Positions 17,400 through 26,238 of a stretch of 57,919 nucleotides of DNA are shown here, piece after piece; position 1 is the first letter of the stretch, and every line of letters begins with the position of its first letter. The notes under the pieces were generated by a model. It had not been told where the DNA came from. It worked only from the letters and a program-made list of their open reading frames with translations, and made no database searches. Both the position numbers and the translations under genes were made by a program. The DNA comes from a virus, in the IMG/VR virus record IMGVR_UViG_3300046507_000523, positions 1 to 57,919 of that record. The stretch is one strand, 5' to 3'.

Positions 17400-19504
17400 T
17401 CGTTGTCTCCCGTCGTGTCCCACGTCGCCACGACAGTTCCGCGGCAGCGAATCCCGCCCTGGCACAGCCGGTACGGTCCGGCGCCGTACGCGGCACGCAC
17501 CGCGTCCAGGTCGGCGAACTGGGTCCCGTCAATCTCCGAGCAGGGCGTGCACCGGTTCGCGTCGTTGACTTCGCTGGCCGTGTACGTCGCGGTCGGCGCG
17601 GCCTCCAGCGTCGCCACCCGGCCGAGGTTCGTGGCCCGGTGCAGCGCCCCACCGAGCTGGTCCAACTTGAGGCGGTTCGACAGGCCCCGCAGGAAGCCCT
17701 TGACCTGCCGGGCCACGCCCGCGCCGTCCGCGCCCGGAGTGAGCAGCCGCAGCGCCTCACGGCCCGCAGCCGACGCCAGCCCGGAGCCGAGGAGTCCAGC
17801 CGTCGCCGCAGCAACCCCGACCAGCTCAGACCCGAACACAGCCCGCAGCGACCCGAGCTGAGCCTGGTTCGTCACCGCCTCGTCCAGCTCCGGCGGATCC
17901 ACGGTGACGCCCTGCGCCGCCGCCTCATCCACCATCCGGCCGGCCGCGCGCTTCGCCATCCCGCCGAGAGCCTCCCGCAGGACATCGGCCGCGTGGTCGC
18001 TGTCGACGGTGAGGGAGGCGAGGGCCGCGGTGTCGTCGTCGTCGACGGCGGTACGGATCTGGTCGCCGAGTGCGTTGATCCACCGGTCCTCGATGGGGAT
18101 CCACCGGTCGAGGAGCTGTGAGAGGGCGTCGTCGTGGTCGGCGCGGACCTGCTCCAGCGTGGTTTCGCCCTGCGCGTTGGTGAGCCGGGCGGTCAGCATG
18201 TCCCACTCGGTCCGGGCCGCGGGGAGCGCCGCCACAGGATGGTGGAGCAGCGCGGCCGGCGCCGCAGGCACGGCCGGGACCGGAGCGGCAGGCGGGCCCG
18301 CGTACGGGATCTCGGGGAGGCCGACCGCGGACAGGGTGCCCGCAGGGTCGAACCCGGCCTGCACCAGCGCCGCGGCAGCGTTCGAGCGAGAGGTCAGCTG
18401 CGTCGCTTCCTGATCGACGTCCTCCGGGACCGGGTTGGCGTAGTCGAACTCCAGCCCGGTGCCGGTCGGCCCGTACAGGGGGAGCAGCTTGTGGTTCAGT
18501 GCGTCCTTCACCGCTTCCAGGTCCGGTACGACCAGCCAGCGGGCGAACATGCGCTCCCCGGCATCCCCGTTGGCCCGGTTGACGTTCTCAACGGCGCCAG
18601 TCATGGGGCGGGGGAAGCCGAATGCCTCGTGGATGATCTCCCTGGAGACGTTGCGGAGTTCCACGAACTGCATGTCCGTCTGCGTGAACTTGCGGTCCTT
18701 CCAGACCCCGTGTTCGAGGATCGCGACGCGGTGCGCGTTCGCGACCCCCTTGTGCTGCTCGTTCCACCGGTCGCGCAACTCGTTGAACTCGCCGTCGGAC
18801 AGCCCGTTGGGGACCTCGATGATCCCGCCCGGCTCAGCGCTGTTGAGGAAAAAGTTCCGGTTCCACTCGGCCGAGTAGCGCACCGCGTCCAAGTCGGTGA
18901 GGAGTGCCTGCACGGGGCCGATACCCCGGTACGGGTCCGTCGGATGCGGGGTGCGGATCAGGATGACGTCGTCGATGCCGAGCGCCACCTCCTGCCCGTC
19001 CGGGCCCGTGTACATGTAGCCCAGCAGGAACTTCTCCGGGTCCGGCACCGGCCGCATACGGTCCGGGCGCACCGGCCACAGCTCCAGCGGCAGGCTCACG
19101 TTCTCGTTGTGGGCGATGACCCACCACGTTTCGCCTGTCAATTGCTTGTGCTGCGCCCCGGCTTCGACGAACTCGCTCTGGGTGTAGAACCCGTTCGGCT
19201 TGTTCCACAGGTCGAGGGCCGCGTGGCTGGTGACCTCGACGCGGTCTTTTTTCTTCCCCGACTTGGCCTTGCGGTAGAGCTTCCACTCGACGCCGGCCTC
19301 GGCTTTGGCGGTGCGGTTGACGATGGCGAAGAGGGTGGAGACGGAGCCCATGGAGTTGAGCTCGGCGGTGGTGCCGCGGTTGGAGCCGAAGAGGCCGTGT
19401 CCGTAGGACTGGTGGCGGGAGGCGAAGGGGACGGGGGTGTTGGTGGGGCGGGTGCGGAGGTTGCTGGCTGCGTTGGCGAGGGAGCCGAAGAGGGTTTTGC
19501 CCAC
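17396..19504 (-). CDS. Portal protein fused to a MuF/SPP1 gp7-like C-terminal domain
   Basis: 702 aa. Portal-type N-terminal 400 aa. C-terminus ...NRCTPCSEIDGTQF...YRLCQGGIRCRGTVV resembles the head-morphogenesis (MuF) motif. Confidence 0.93.
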   Translation of the reverse strand: MGKTLFGSLANAASNLRTRPTNTPVPFASRHQSYGHGLFGSNRGTTAELNSMGSVSTLFAIVNRTAKAEAGVEWKLYRKAKSGKKKDRVEVTSHAALDLWNKPNGFYTQSEFVEAGAQHKQLTGETWWVIAHNENVSLPLELWPVRPDRMRPVPDPEKFLLGYMYTGPDGQEVALGIDDVILIRTPHPTDPYRGIGPVQALLTDLDAVRYSAEWNRNFFLNSAEPGGIIEVPNGLSDGEFNELRDRWNEQHKGVANAHRVAILEHGVWKDRKFTQTDMQFVELRNVSREIIHEAFGFPRPMTGAVENVNRANGDAGERMFARWLVVPDLEAVKDALNHKLLPLYGPTGTGLEFDYANPVPEDVDQEATQLTSRSNAAAALVQAGFDPAGTLSAVGLPEIPYAGPPAAPVPAVPAAPAALLHHPVAALPAARTEWDMLTARLTNAQGETTLEQVRADHDDALSQLLDRWIPIEDRWINALGDQIRTAVDDDDTAALASLTVDSDHAADVLREALGGMAKRAAGRMVDEAAAQGVTVDPPELDEAVTNQAQLGSLRAVFGSELVGVAAATAGLLGSGLASAAGREALRLLTPGADGAGVARQVKGFLRGLSNRLKLDQLGGALHRATNLGRVATLEAAPTATYTASEVNDANRCTPCSEIDGTQFADLDAVRAAYGAGPYRLCQGGIRCRGTVVATWDTTGDNE

Positions 19505-19521
19505 GTGCCCCCTCCTTCACG

Positions 19522-19698
19522 TCAGTCGCTGTCGAGCACCCATTGCAGGACGCAGGTGAGGAGTCCTCCGGTGATGAGACCAACCCCTGTGCCGAAGATA
19601 TCCCAGCATCCTGCTGTGATGAGTGTAAATCCTCCTGTCAACATGGATGCTGGCCGCAAATCTTTCAGCTTCTTGGGGTTCGCTTGAAGGTTCCTCAT
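19522..19698 (-). CDS. Small membrane protein, 58 aa
   Basis: MRNLQANPKKLKDLRPASMLTGGFTLITAGCWDIFGTGVGLITGGLLTCVLQWVL. The ATG overlaps the TerL stop by 1 nt. Two hydrophobic segments. Confidence 0.5.
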   Translation of the reverse strand: MRNLQANPKKLKDLRPASMLTGGFTLITAGCWDIFGTGVGLITGGLLTCVLQWVLDSD

Positions 19699-21026
19699 CA
19701 CAGCCACCTCACCCGGGTACGCCCCGTCAAATCCCGCGCCGCCGCCATATACCGGAGCGCATCCATCGAGTGATCGTTTTCTTTCACCGGGGCCTCCTTC
19801 AGTCCGCCGCTGTTGCCCGGCTTCACCGCCCACACGTAGCCCGCGATCTCCTCCGCGCCGCAGGCCGGCAAAGACGCGGACTCCAACTCCGGGTCCCGCT
19901 CCACCAGCGCACCGCGCGCGATGAACAGACGGGGCTTCCCGTCCTCCTGCACCCGGAGGCGCGCCTGCACCGCCTGAATCCCATCCGACACGCTCTTGTG
20001 CGCGGGCTTCGTCGACAGGCCCAAATGCCGCTCCAGGGTGGCCCGGTCCTCCGCGTCGTGGTCCGCGTAGATCGCGCGCGGGAGCTGCCCGCGGGGCTGC
20101 CCGGACGGATAGAACAGCAGGTCTTTGATGGTCTTCGCGTGATCCTCGACGAGGCGGCGCGTGTAGTAGATCTCGTGCGCCAGGTACAGGCGGCCGTCGG
20201 GGTCCTCCCACCAGTCCTGGTACACAAAGGGGTTCGTGAACCCGAAGTCGACCGTTCCCCAACGGGTCCACGCGGCAGTCGGCTTGACCGCGTCGACCAT
20301 GTGGATCGCGTCGTCCCACGCCTCGTAGATCTGGCCCTCGGCCGCCGCCCACTTCCCGTCGCGGTAGCGCAGACGTCGGACTCCCGTCAGGGCGTCGAGC
20401 TTCTTCATGTAGTCCACGCCGCGCTCAGTGAGCGTGCCATCGGCGTTGACAAGCAGCGGGTTGTCGGAGTGCCGCGAGTGGATCATGCGCATGATGCCCG
20501 CATCGCACCGCTTCTTGATCCAGTGCTGGGGGGCGTCCGGGTTGCAGGCCAAGACGATCTGACGGTAGGTGTCGGCGTTCCCGCGAAGGCGGGTGATCAG
20601 CGTCTCCAGCGCGGTGAGGGTGACCTGCGTGGCCTCGTCGACGTAGATCCGTGAGAACTCCGTCGACAGGAACTTCTCGGGACGGTCAAGGCCGCCGACC
20701 ACGATCTCTGATCCGTTGGCGTACTGGTAGGCGGCTGGCTTGCGGGCAGAGCCCCCGAACCAACTGACCACGCCATGGGCGAGGGCGTCACGGATGACCT
20801 GCTGCTCGAATGTGACGAGCGTCGACCCGGTCAGCGATGCGTGTGTCTGGCGGACGATCAGGGATCGGCAGCCGGGAACCATGAGGCTTGTGTAGTGGGC
20901 TTTCTGGAGCATGGCCAGGCTCTTGCCGGTGCCTGCGGGGCCCGCGATGCAGGCTTCCTGATCGCGGCCGGTCAGAAGTTCCTTCGCGCCGCCCCTTGGC
21001 TCGTACCGCACGACCGTCTCAGTCAC
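19698..21026 (-). CDS. terL: Terminase large subunit
   Basis: 442 aa. Walker A AGPAGTGKS. C-terminal nuclease-type region. GTG start. Confidence 0.95.
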   Translation of the reverse strand: MTETVVRYEPRGGAKELLTGRDQEACIAGPAGTGKSLAMLQKAHYTSLMVPGCRSLIVRQTHASLTGSTLVTFEQQVIRDALAHGVVSWFGGSARKPAAYQYANGSEIVVGGLDRPEKFLSTEFSRIYVDEATQVTLTALETLITRLRGNADTYRQIVLACNPDAPQHWIKKRCDAGIMRMIHSRHSDNPLLVNADGTLTERGVDYMKKLDALTGVRRLRYRDGKWAAAEGQIYEAWDDAIHMVDAVKPTAAWTRWGTVDFGFTNPFVYQDWWEDPDGRLYLAHEIYYTRRLVEDHAKTIKDLLFYPSGQPRGQLPRAIYADHDAEDRATLERHLGLSTKPAHKSVSDGIQAVQARLRVQEDGKPRLFIARGALVERDPELESASLPACGAEEIAGYVWAVKPGNSGGLKEAPVKENDHSMDALRYMAAARDLTGRTRVRWL

Positions 21027-21033
21027 GGGCAGC

Positions 21034-21591
21034 TCACGTGAGGTCCGCGGGGTCGACTCCGACGACCTCGTACCGGACGCCCCCGGACAGTGCGACCTTC
21101 GCGGGCTGTTTCATCCCGGTCAGGTTCCAGAACGCGTCGAGGGTCTGCCGTGCTTCGCGGATCGCGGCGAGCTTCGGCGCACTGTCCATCAGCGGCTGCC
21201 CGTCCGCGCCGGTAACGACCTTGCCGTGGGAGACGACGACATGGTCTGTCTCCAGCACGTCGAGGGCCGCGTCGTACAGGTTCTCCAGCCGGTCCATGTG
21301 CAGTTGGAGGAGCTTCTCGGCGGGCCCGCGGACGATTTCGCGGAGGACACCGCGGATGGCCTTGCGTGCGGTGCTCTTGTCGTAGTACCCGAGCTCCTCG
21401 GCGATCGCGGTAAGGGTCCAGCCTTCGGCGCGGAGTTGGGCGGCTTGGGCGTCACGGGCCGCGCTTTCGAGGGTGCGGACAAACCGGTTTTGCCCGTCGC
21501 GGGCCCTGAATTGGCTGTCGCCGGTGGTGTGGCCGGCGGGCTGCTGAGGCTCGGGCTCGGCCGGTACTGGTGGATTGTTACCGGTAACCAT
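21034..21591 (-). CDS. terS: Terminase small subunit (HTH)
   Basis: 185 aa. HTH WTLTAIAEELGYYDKSTARKAI. Immediately upstream of terL. Confidence 0.8.
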   Translation of the reverse strand: MVTGNNPPVPAEPEPQQPAGHTTGDSQFRARDGQNRFVRTLESAARDAQAAQLRAEGWTLTAIAEELGYYDKSTARKAIRGVLREIVRGPAEKLLQLHMDRLENLYDAALDVLETDHVVVSHGKVVTGADGQPLMDSAPKLAAIREARQTLDAFWNLTGMKQPAKVALSGGVRYEVVGVDPADLT

Positions 21592-21703
21592 GGTCTGATG
21601 GTAACGAGGGTGTGCAACTGGTGGACGGTGGTGCGCACGCGGAAGGGCCCGATTCCCGGGGCGGTGGCGAGACCGGGAGTCGGGCTCTCTGCTGTGCGGT
21701 GGA

Positions 21704-22042
21704 TCAGGCGAGCTGGGTGGCCGTGATGAGCGGGTGCGGTTCGAGGGATACCCAGTCGCATCCGCCGTGTGCGTGCACCGCGCCGCTCCCCTCGTCCTGC
21801 CACGCCTTGTCGAGGTCGAACGGGATGCGGCGTGCGGCCTCGACGAACGGGCCCTTCGCGGCGTCCTTGCTGGCGTAGACGCCGAGGACGGTGCCGCCTT
21901 CGTGGTCTTCCCCGGTGGAGAGGACCCAGACGGTCGGCCCGGCAGACGGATCGCAGGTGGCGATGATGAGTGCGGCGGTCTGGAAGTTCGGGCATTGCAC
22001 GTGGTGGCCGTCGGTAGAGAAGCAGTATGTGCACGCGGTCAT
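21704..22042 (-). CDS. Hypothetical protein, 112 aa
   Basis: Coding-like ORF. N-terminal CTYC..H..C cluster. Confidence 0.65.
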   Translation of the reverse strand: MTACTYCFSTDGHHVQCPNFQTAALIIATCDPSAGPTVWVLSTGEDHEGGTVLGVYASKDAAKGPFVEAARRIPFDLDKAWQDEGSGAVHAHGGCDWVSLEPHPLITATQLA

Positions 22043-22120
22043 GGGGTTCGTCCTGTCGTGTCGGGCGGTCAGGGGTGGGCGGGGATGCGGGCATGGAACG
22101 CGCGGCGAGTTGGGGTTTGG

Positions 22121-22351
22121 TCAGTCGGGTGCGCGCTCGATCGTCTGCGTCTTCCCGATCGCGGCCATCTGCTCGTTGGTGGCGAGGTAGACGCGGCCGC
22201 CCTGGTCGCACTTGAAGTGCAGGATGCCGGGGGTGTCGCCGATGGTGAGTACATCGAGGACGAGGCCAGTCATGACGCCGGTCCGGGCGTGGTTGCCGGG
22301 GGTGCGACGGACGAGGATGCGGTCGCCGATGGCGGGGATGTACGTGGTCAT
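22121..22351 (-). CDS. Hypothetical protein, 76 aa
   Basis: Internal ATG (MTTYIPAIGDRILVRR...) with an AGGAGA RBS. Confidence 0.55.
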   Translation of the reverse strand: MTTYIPAIGDRILVRRTPGNHARTGVMTGLVLDVLTIGDTPGILHFKCDQGGRVYLATNEQMAAIGKTQTIERAPD

Positions 22352-22361
22352 GGCGGTTCTC

Positions 22362-22751
22362 CTAGGCGGCGAGCGCGTCGGCCAGCAGCTGGACGCGGGT
22401 GGTGATGGGGCAGTCGACGGGGTAGAGCACGATGACCGTGGCAAGGCCGTGGGCGGGGCGCGCCTTCGGCTCGTCGGTGGCCGGCCGGGCGACGATGTAG
22501 GCGGTGCGGTGGGTGGTGTAGGAGACGAGGCGGTCCAGCCGGAAGGAGCGTGCTTCCTGGCTGTCGCGGTCCATGCCCTTCAGGAGGATGTCGCCGGCGG
22601 CGCTGACGACGATGTCGTACAGCTCGACGGTGCGGATCGTTTCCGACCCGTCGGCCTTGGTGTAGGTGATGGTGACCGGGTGCCGCTTGTCGAGGGCCTT
22701 GATGAGGCGGGTGAGGGTGGAGGTGCTGGTCTCGTTCGCCGTGTGCCTCAT
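22362..22751 (-). CDS. WYL-domain protein without an attached HTH
   Basis: 129 aa from an internal ATG. VTITYTKADGSETIRTVELYDIVVSAAGDILLKGMDRDSQEARSFRLDRLVSY matches the WYL-domain pattern (R.FRLDRI). Confidence 0.7.
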   Translation of the reverse strand: MRHTANETSTSTLTRLIKALDKRHPVTITYTKADGSETIRTVELYDIVVSAAGDILLKGMDRDSQEARSFRLDRLVSYTTHRTAYIVARPATDEPKARPAHGLATVIVLYPVDCPITTRVQLLADALAA

Positions 22752-22906
22752 CGGTGGCCCCCTCGCTCGGTGATTCCCTACACCTAGAGAGTACAACGCG
22801 CCGTCTTGTACAACAAGCCCCTATGGCTTTCCGATTCGAATCGAATGGCGCACCTGGTACGCCGCGACCTGCTCCCACTGGTCAGCCGTCGGCTGCTGCC
22901 AACTGT

Positions 22907-23242
22907 TCACCTGATACTCGCGAGCCCGCGCCTCCCACTTCCGGTTCGCCCCCACCGCTTGTGGCCGTCGACGCAGGACATGACGACGTTGCACTTGTCG
23001 CAGAGGAGTCCTCGGATGAAGCGCAGTCGAGGGGCCCAGTCCGAGAAGTGATCGACGACGAGACGGCCGCCGCCCGTCTCGCCCTCCGGGGTGCCGCAGA
23101 TCTCGCAGCGACCTGCCGCCCGGGCGTGCAGGTCGTCGTACTCGTCGCACGACAGGCCGTGATAGTCGAAGTGGTGGCAGGTCTTGCCCTCCGGGTGGTG
23201 GCGATTCTGATCTTTGCGGCGCGGCATAGATGTCTGACTCAT
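22907..23242 (-). CDS. Endonuclease VII-like nuclease; C-terminus probably continues in the -1 frame to 22821
   Basis: CEICGTPEGETGGGRLVVDHFSDWAPRLRFIRGLLCDKCNVVMSC matches the Endonuclease_7 pattern (C..C...L.VDH...RG.LC..CN). Frame break at the G5 run 22949..22953. Confidence 0.8.
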   Translation of the reverse strand: MSQTSMPRRKDQNRHHPEGKTCHHFDYHGLSCDEYDDLHARAAGRCEICGTPEGETGGGRLVVDHFSDWAPRLRFIRGLLCDKCNVVMSCVDGHKRWGRTGSGRRGLASIR

Positions 23243-23300
23243 GCGCCCCATTGCACAAGACGCCGTTCCGTACTTTGGGGCGTTGCGGTAACATCGGCGC

Positions 23301-23546
23301 ATGGAGCAGACCACCGACATTCCGATCTCAGAGGCCCGCGCAAACATCACCGACGTGATCGCCTCAGTGCGCCTGCTGCGCACGTGCGTCTTCCTGCTGC
23401 GCCGGGACAAGGCGCAGGCTGCTGTCGTACCGATCGAGCTCGGCGAGCTTGTCCGGGAGGTCGGTGGCCCGGACAAGGCTGCCGCGATCCTGGCGAGCCA
23501 CGTGGCGTCGGAGCGCCCGGTGGGCAGCGAGGAGAAGAACGCATGA
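23301..23546 (+). CDS. Phd/YefM-type antitoxin-like protein
   Basis: 81 aa. The N-terminus IPISEARANITDVIASV...FLLRRDKAQAAVVPIELGELV fits the Phd/YefM pattern. Confidence 0.75.
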   Translation: MEQTTDIPISEARANITDVIASVRLLRTCVFLLRRDKAQAAVVPIELGELVREVGGPDKAAAILASHVASERPVGSEEKNA

Positions 23547-23830
23547 GCGACCGCGCCGCCCTGGACTCGTACATCGAGACACTGCAGATCCTCGCCCGCG
23601 AGGGGGACACCGACCGCACCGACGAGGAACGCGATCGGGACGCGGCCTATCGAGCCAAGTTGATCGACGCGTTCGCGCACGAGCTGGCCGAGGAGCAGCG
23701 CGCCTACGCCAGAGAGGTCGGTGTCGGCGTCCCGCTGGAGGACGGTGGCATCGTGTCGGCGGGGGATGTCATTGACCTGATCGACCCGCGCGTGGGCCCG
23801 GTGCGTCCGGGCGAGGAGCCGACAACGTGA
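23543..23830 (+). CDS. Hypothetical protein, AFAHELAE/DLIDP family (paralog of 55473..55685)
   Basis: 95 aa. ATGA overlap with the Phd-like gene. Shares LIDAFAHELAEEQR and DLIDP with the other copy. Confidence 0.65.
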   Translation: MSDRAALDSYIETLQILAREGDTDRTDEERDRDAAYRAKLIDAFAHELAEEQRAYAREVGVGVPLEDGGIVSAGDVIDLIDPRVGPVRPGEEPTT

Positions 23831-23845
23831 CGCGGAGGGTGACGC

Positions 23846-24016
23846 ATGCCTGACTACACGCGCCGGAGCTACCGGCTCAAGGAAGCTTTTGGGGTACTGC
23901 TGAGGAGAGCGGCGTACTGCCTGATTCTTCCCGTCGCTTTCGTATTGCTCGTCGACTTTGTGTTCCTACGCGGAACGCTCACCATCACCCTCTTGACGTG
24001 GCCTTTGAGGCCTTGA
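23846..24016 (+). CDS. Possible small membrane protein, 56 aa
   Basis: GGAGGG RBS 7 nt upstream. MPDYTRRSYRLKEAFGVLLRRAAYCLILPVAFVLLVDFVFLRGTLTITLLTWPLRP. Third-position GC is lower than in neighbouring genes. Confidence 0.35.
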   Translation: MPDYTRRSYRLKEAFGVLLRRAAYCLILPVAFVLLVDFVFLRGTLTITLLTWPLRP

Positions 24017-24051
24017 GGTAGCGGCTGCATCGCGTCCAACCACATGGCGAA

Positions 24052-24079
24052 GGCCCCGCCCGGACACCCGAGCGGGGCC
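24052..24079. terminator. Bidirectional terminator-like hairpin between convergent genes
   Basis: GGCCCCGC - 12 nt - GCGGGGCC. Confidence 0.6.
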
Positions 24080-24099
24080 GCTTCACGTCGAGGCGGACG

Positions 24100-24516
24100 C
24101 TAGCTGCCGAGACCGTCCGCCATCTTCAACTTGTCGAACCGACCATCCTTGCCCGTCCAGCCCAAACCATTGATCGCCGTGGCCATCTGCAGCGCGGTGT
24201 AGTCGTCCTTAGCGAGCGGCTTGCACGCCTCCGGCCGTTCCTTCCCGCCCTCCTCGGTCTTCTTCTCCAGCTTGGCGAACGCGGCGTTAGCCTGGCTCTC
24301 GTACCCGGACCGGACCATGCCGGCGAGCGTCTCATCGAGCGCGTCGACGCGCTCCTTCGCCTCGCTGACGGTCGGCTTGTCCGTGGAGTTGCCTCCGGCC
24401 CGCTCGGTGAGCGCGGTGGCACAGTCCTTGGCTTTCTCGTCGCCGGACTTCGAGCAGCCGACCGCCCCGGCAGCGAGCACGGCGGTGAGCAGCAGGACAG
24501 TGGTGGTGTGGCGCAT
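24100..24516 (-). CDS. Lipoprotein
   Basis: 138 aa. Signal peptide MRHTTTVLLLTAVLAAGAVGC followed by a polar mature part. Confidence 0.8.
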   Translation of the reverse strand: MRHTTTVLLLTAVLAAGAVGCSKSGDEKAKDCATALTERAGGNSTDKPTVSEAKERVDALDETLAGMVRSGYESQANAAFAKLEKKTEEGGKERPEACKPLAKDDYTALQMATAINGLGWTGKDGRFDKLKMADGLGS

Positions 24517-24682
24517 GGTCCCCCCAAGGACTTGCGGATGGTGGCCGGATCGTAGCGCCGGCCGCCGACAACCGGCCCCGGAACGACGACACCCCCCACC
24601 GCAGGGGGGGAAGTGCGGTGAGGGTCGTCTCCCAGGGCGCCGGGTGCTACCCGGCGTGCAGCCTCCAGTGTGGCAGCGCGCG

Positions 24683-24934
24683 TCACCTTCCGAAGGCGCG
24701 AGCGAGGAACTCGGCCACCGCGAGCAGCCCGAGACCGCCGAGCAGCGCGCCCGTGCTCACGTACCGGCCGTCCGGATCCGGGGTACTCCCGGGCACCCGC
24801 ACGATCGACTCGCCGGCCGGGACGAGACCACCGTGCTCACGGTCGCGGTGCTGCTGCCGGTATGCCTCGGCGGCCCGTCTGGTGTCGGGTGGACTGCTCG
24901 CCCGGCACTGGCGGCAGCGGTATTCGTGCGGCAT
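24683..24934 (-). CDS. Small tail-anchored membrane protein, 83 aa
   Basis: Internal ATG (MPHEYRCRQCRASS...). C-terminal hydrophobic segment GALLGGLGLLAVAEFLA. Confidence 0.5.
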   Translation of the reverse strand: MPHEYRCRQCRASSPPDTRRAAEAYRQQHRDREHGGLVPAGESIVRVPGSTPDPDGRYVSTGALLGGLGLLAVAEFLARAFGR

Positions 24935-25013
24935 CGGAGGGCCTCTCTCAGACGGGTAGCGCGGTAGGTAGGCGGCGGGTAGGAACAAACGCTGACCTGC
25001 GGTTCCTACCGCC

Positions 25014-25706
25014 CTACCCGGGGCCCGTGGCAGGCGCTGAGAGGGGCTGGGGAGCGGGGTCCGCGGGCGGGCCTGGCGGGGGTGCTGCGGGGGCCTCGAC
25101 GGCGGGCTCCGGGGCGGCCTCGGGCGGAAGGTCGCGGACGCGGATCCCGTCCCTCACCCGCTGCCGCCCGGAGAGGATGAGCTTGAACTCCTCCACCGGC
25201 AGCCCGAAGTCGACTGCGGTGGCCTTCAGTTCGGGCTGTGTCCAGCCGACGAGTTCGGGCTCGTCGAGGAGGTCGGCAAGGTGGGCTCCCTGCCGGTGCT
25301 TCGAGACGCGGCGGACGACCGCGGCGAGTTCGTCGAGGGTGAGCTCGGGGCCCGTCTCCTCTTCCTCGTCGGGCTGCTCGGCCGGCGTCCGGGCGGGGGG
25401 AGGGGAGGTCCACCAGGCGGCCACGCACCAGCCGACGATGATCCCGGGTACGGCGAACCGGGCGAGGTGCGGGGCGTGTCCGCAGGCGTACACGGCGACG
25501 TATCCGCCGAACGCGAGCGCGCCGATGCTCTCCCACGTGCTGAGGCGTTCACCGAGGAGGGTCCAGCCGCGGTGGATGAGGATGCGGGAGCCTACATAGA
25601 GGGAGGCCCCAGCCCCGCGGACGGCGAGGATGGGGCGTAGTTCTGCGGCGATACGGCGGTGTAGGCCGGGGGTGGGCTGCTCCCCTACCTCTTTAATGAT
25701 CTTCAT
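25014..25706 (-). CDS. Membrane protein, 230 aa (2 TM plus a Pro/Glu-rich cytoplasmic tail)
   Basis: Internal ATG (MKIIKEVGEQ...) overlaps the upstream stop by 1 nt. The N-terminal half of the track ORF is shadow sequence. Confidence 0.7.
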   Translation of the reverse strand: MKIIKEVGEQPTPGLHRRIAAELRPILAVRGAGASLYVGSRILIHRGWTLLGERLSTWESIGALAFGGYVAVYACGHAPHLARFAVPGIIVGWCVAAWWTSPPPARTPAEQPDEEEETGPELTLDELAAVVRRVSKHRQGAHLADLLDEPELVGWTQPELKATAVDFGLPVEEFKLILSGRQRVRDGIRVRDLPPEAAPEPAVEAPAAPPPGPPADPAPQPLSAPATGPG

Positions 25707-26224
25707 TAGACGGCCCCCACCGCATGCGCACCCGTCAGGATCAGGGCTTGCGGCAGGCCCCAGATACCGCCCGCCTGCGCCCACACCCCGGCCGCGAGGA
25801 TCCCGGTGATCGCGGCCTTTCCCGGGGACAGCTCCCGGAAGTACATGATCGACGCGAACAGCAGCGACACCGCGCCCATGCCCGCAGTACCGAACCCGCC
25901 CCCGGTGAACATCCCGGCGAACGCGTCCGACACGCTGCGGCCGACGGTCCAGATGGAGCCCGCGGTCATGTAGAACGTGCCCGCGGCGACCCCGGTCCAC
26001 TGGGCCTGATCGCTGGTCAGGCGCTTGCGGATCCGGGACTTCTTCCCGCCGCCTCCACCACCCTTCCCAGGCGCTGCGCCCCCTCCACCGCCCTTGGGCT
26101 CGCGGATCCCAGCGAAGAGGACCACGGTGAGCGCGGTGGCGATACCACCGGCGCCGACCGTGCCGAGGATGCGGCCGCCCTCGACGCTGATGGCCGGGGC
26201 TGCGGCGATGACGTGCTGGAACAT
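25706..26224 (-). CDS. Polytopic membrane protein with a poly-Gly/Lys loop, 172 aa
   Basis: MFQHVIAAAPAISVEGGRILGTVGAGGIATALTVVLFAGI...KGGGGGAAPGKGGGGGGKKSR. AGGAGA RBS. About 4 hydrophobic segments. Confidence 0.7.
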   Translation of the reverse strand: MFQHVIAAAPAISVEGGRILGTVGAGGIATALTVVLFAGIREPKGGGGGAAPGKGGGGGGKKSRIRKRLTSDQAQWTGVAAGTFYMTAGSIWTVGRSVSDAFAGMFTGGGFGTAGMGAVSLLFASIMYFRELSPGKAAITGILAAGVWAQAGGIWGLPQALILTGAHAVGAV

Positions 26225-26238
26225 TCTGAATCTCCTGG

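Noticed and set aside
21577-21588. Perfect 12-bp palindrome GTTACCGGTAAC at the terS start as a cos or pac site.
   Set aside because: A single short palindrome inside coding sequence is not sufficient. The true termini cannot be inferred without read-end data.
22754-23830. 358-aa plus-strand ORF spanning the endonuclease VII and Phd region.
   Set aside because: Only the last 95 codons (from the ATGA-overlapped ATG at 23543) look coding. The rest is antisense to the WYL and endonuclease VII genes or out of frame with the Phd-like gene.
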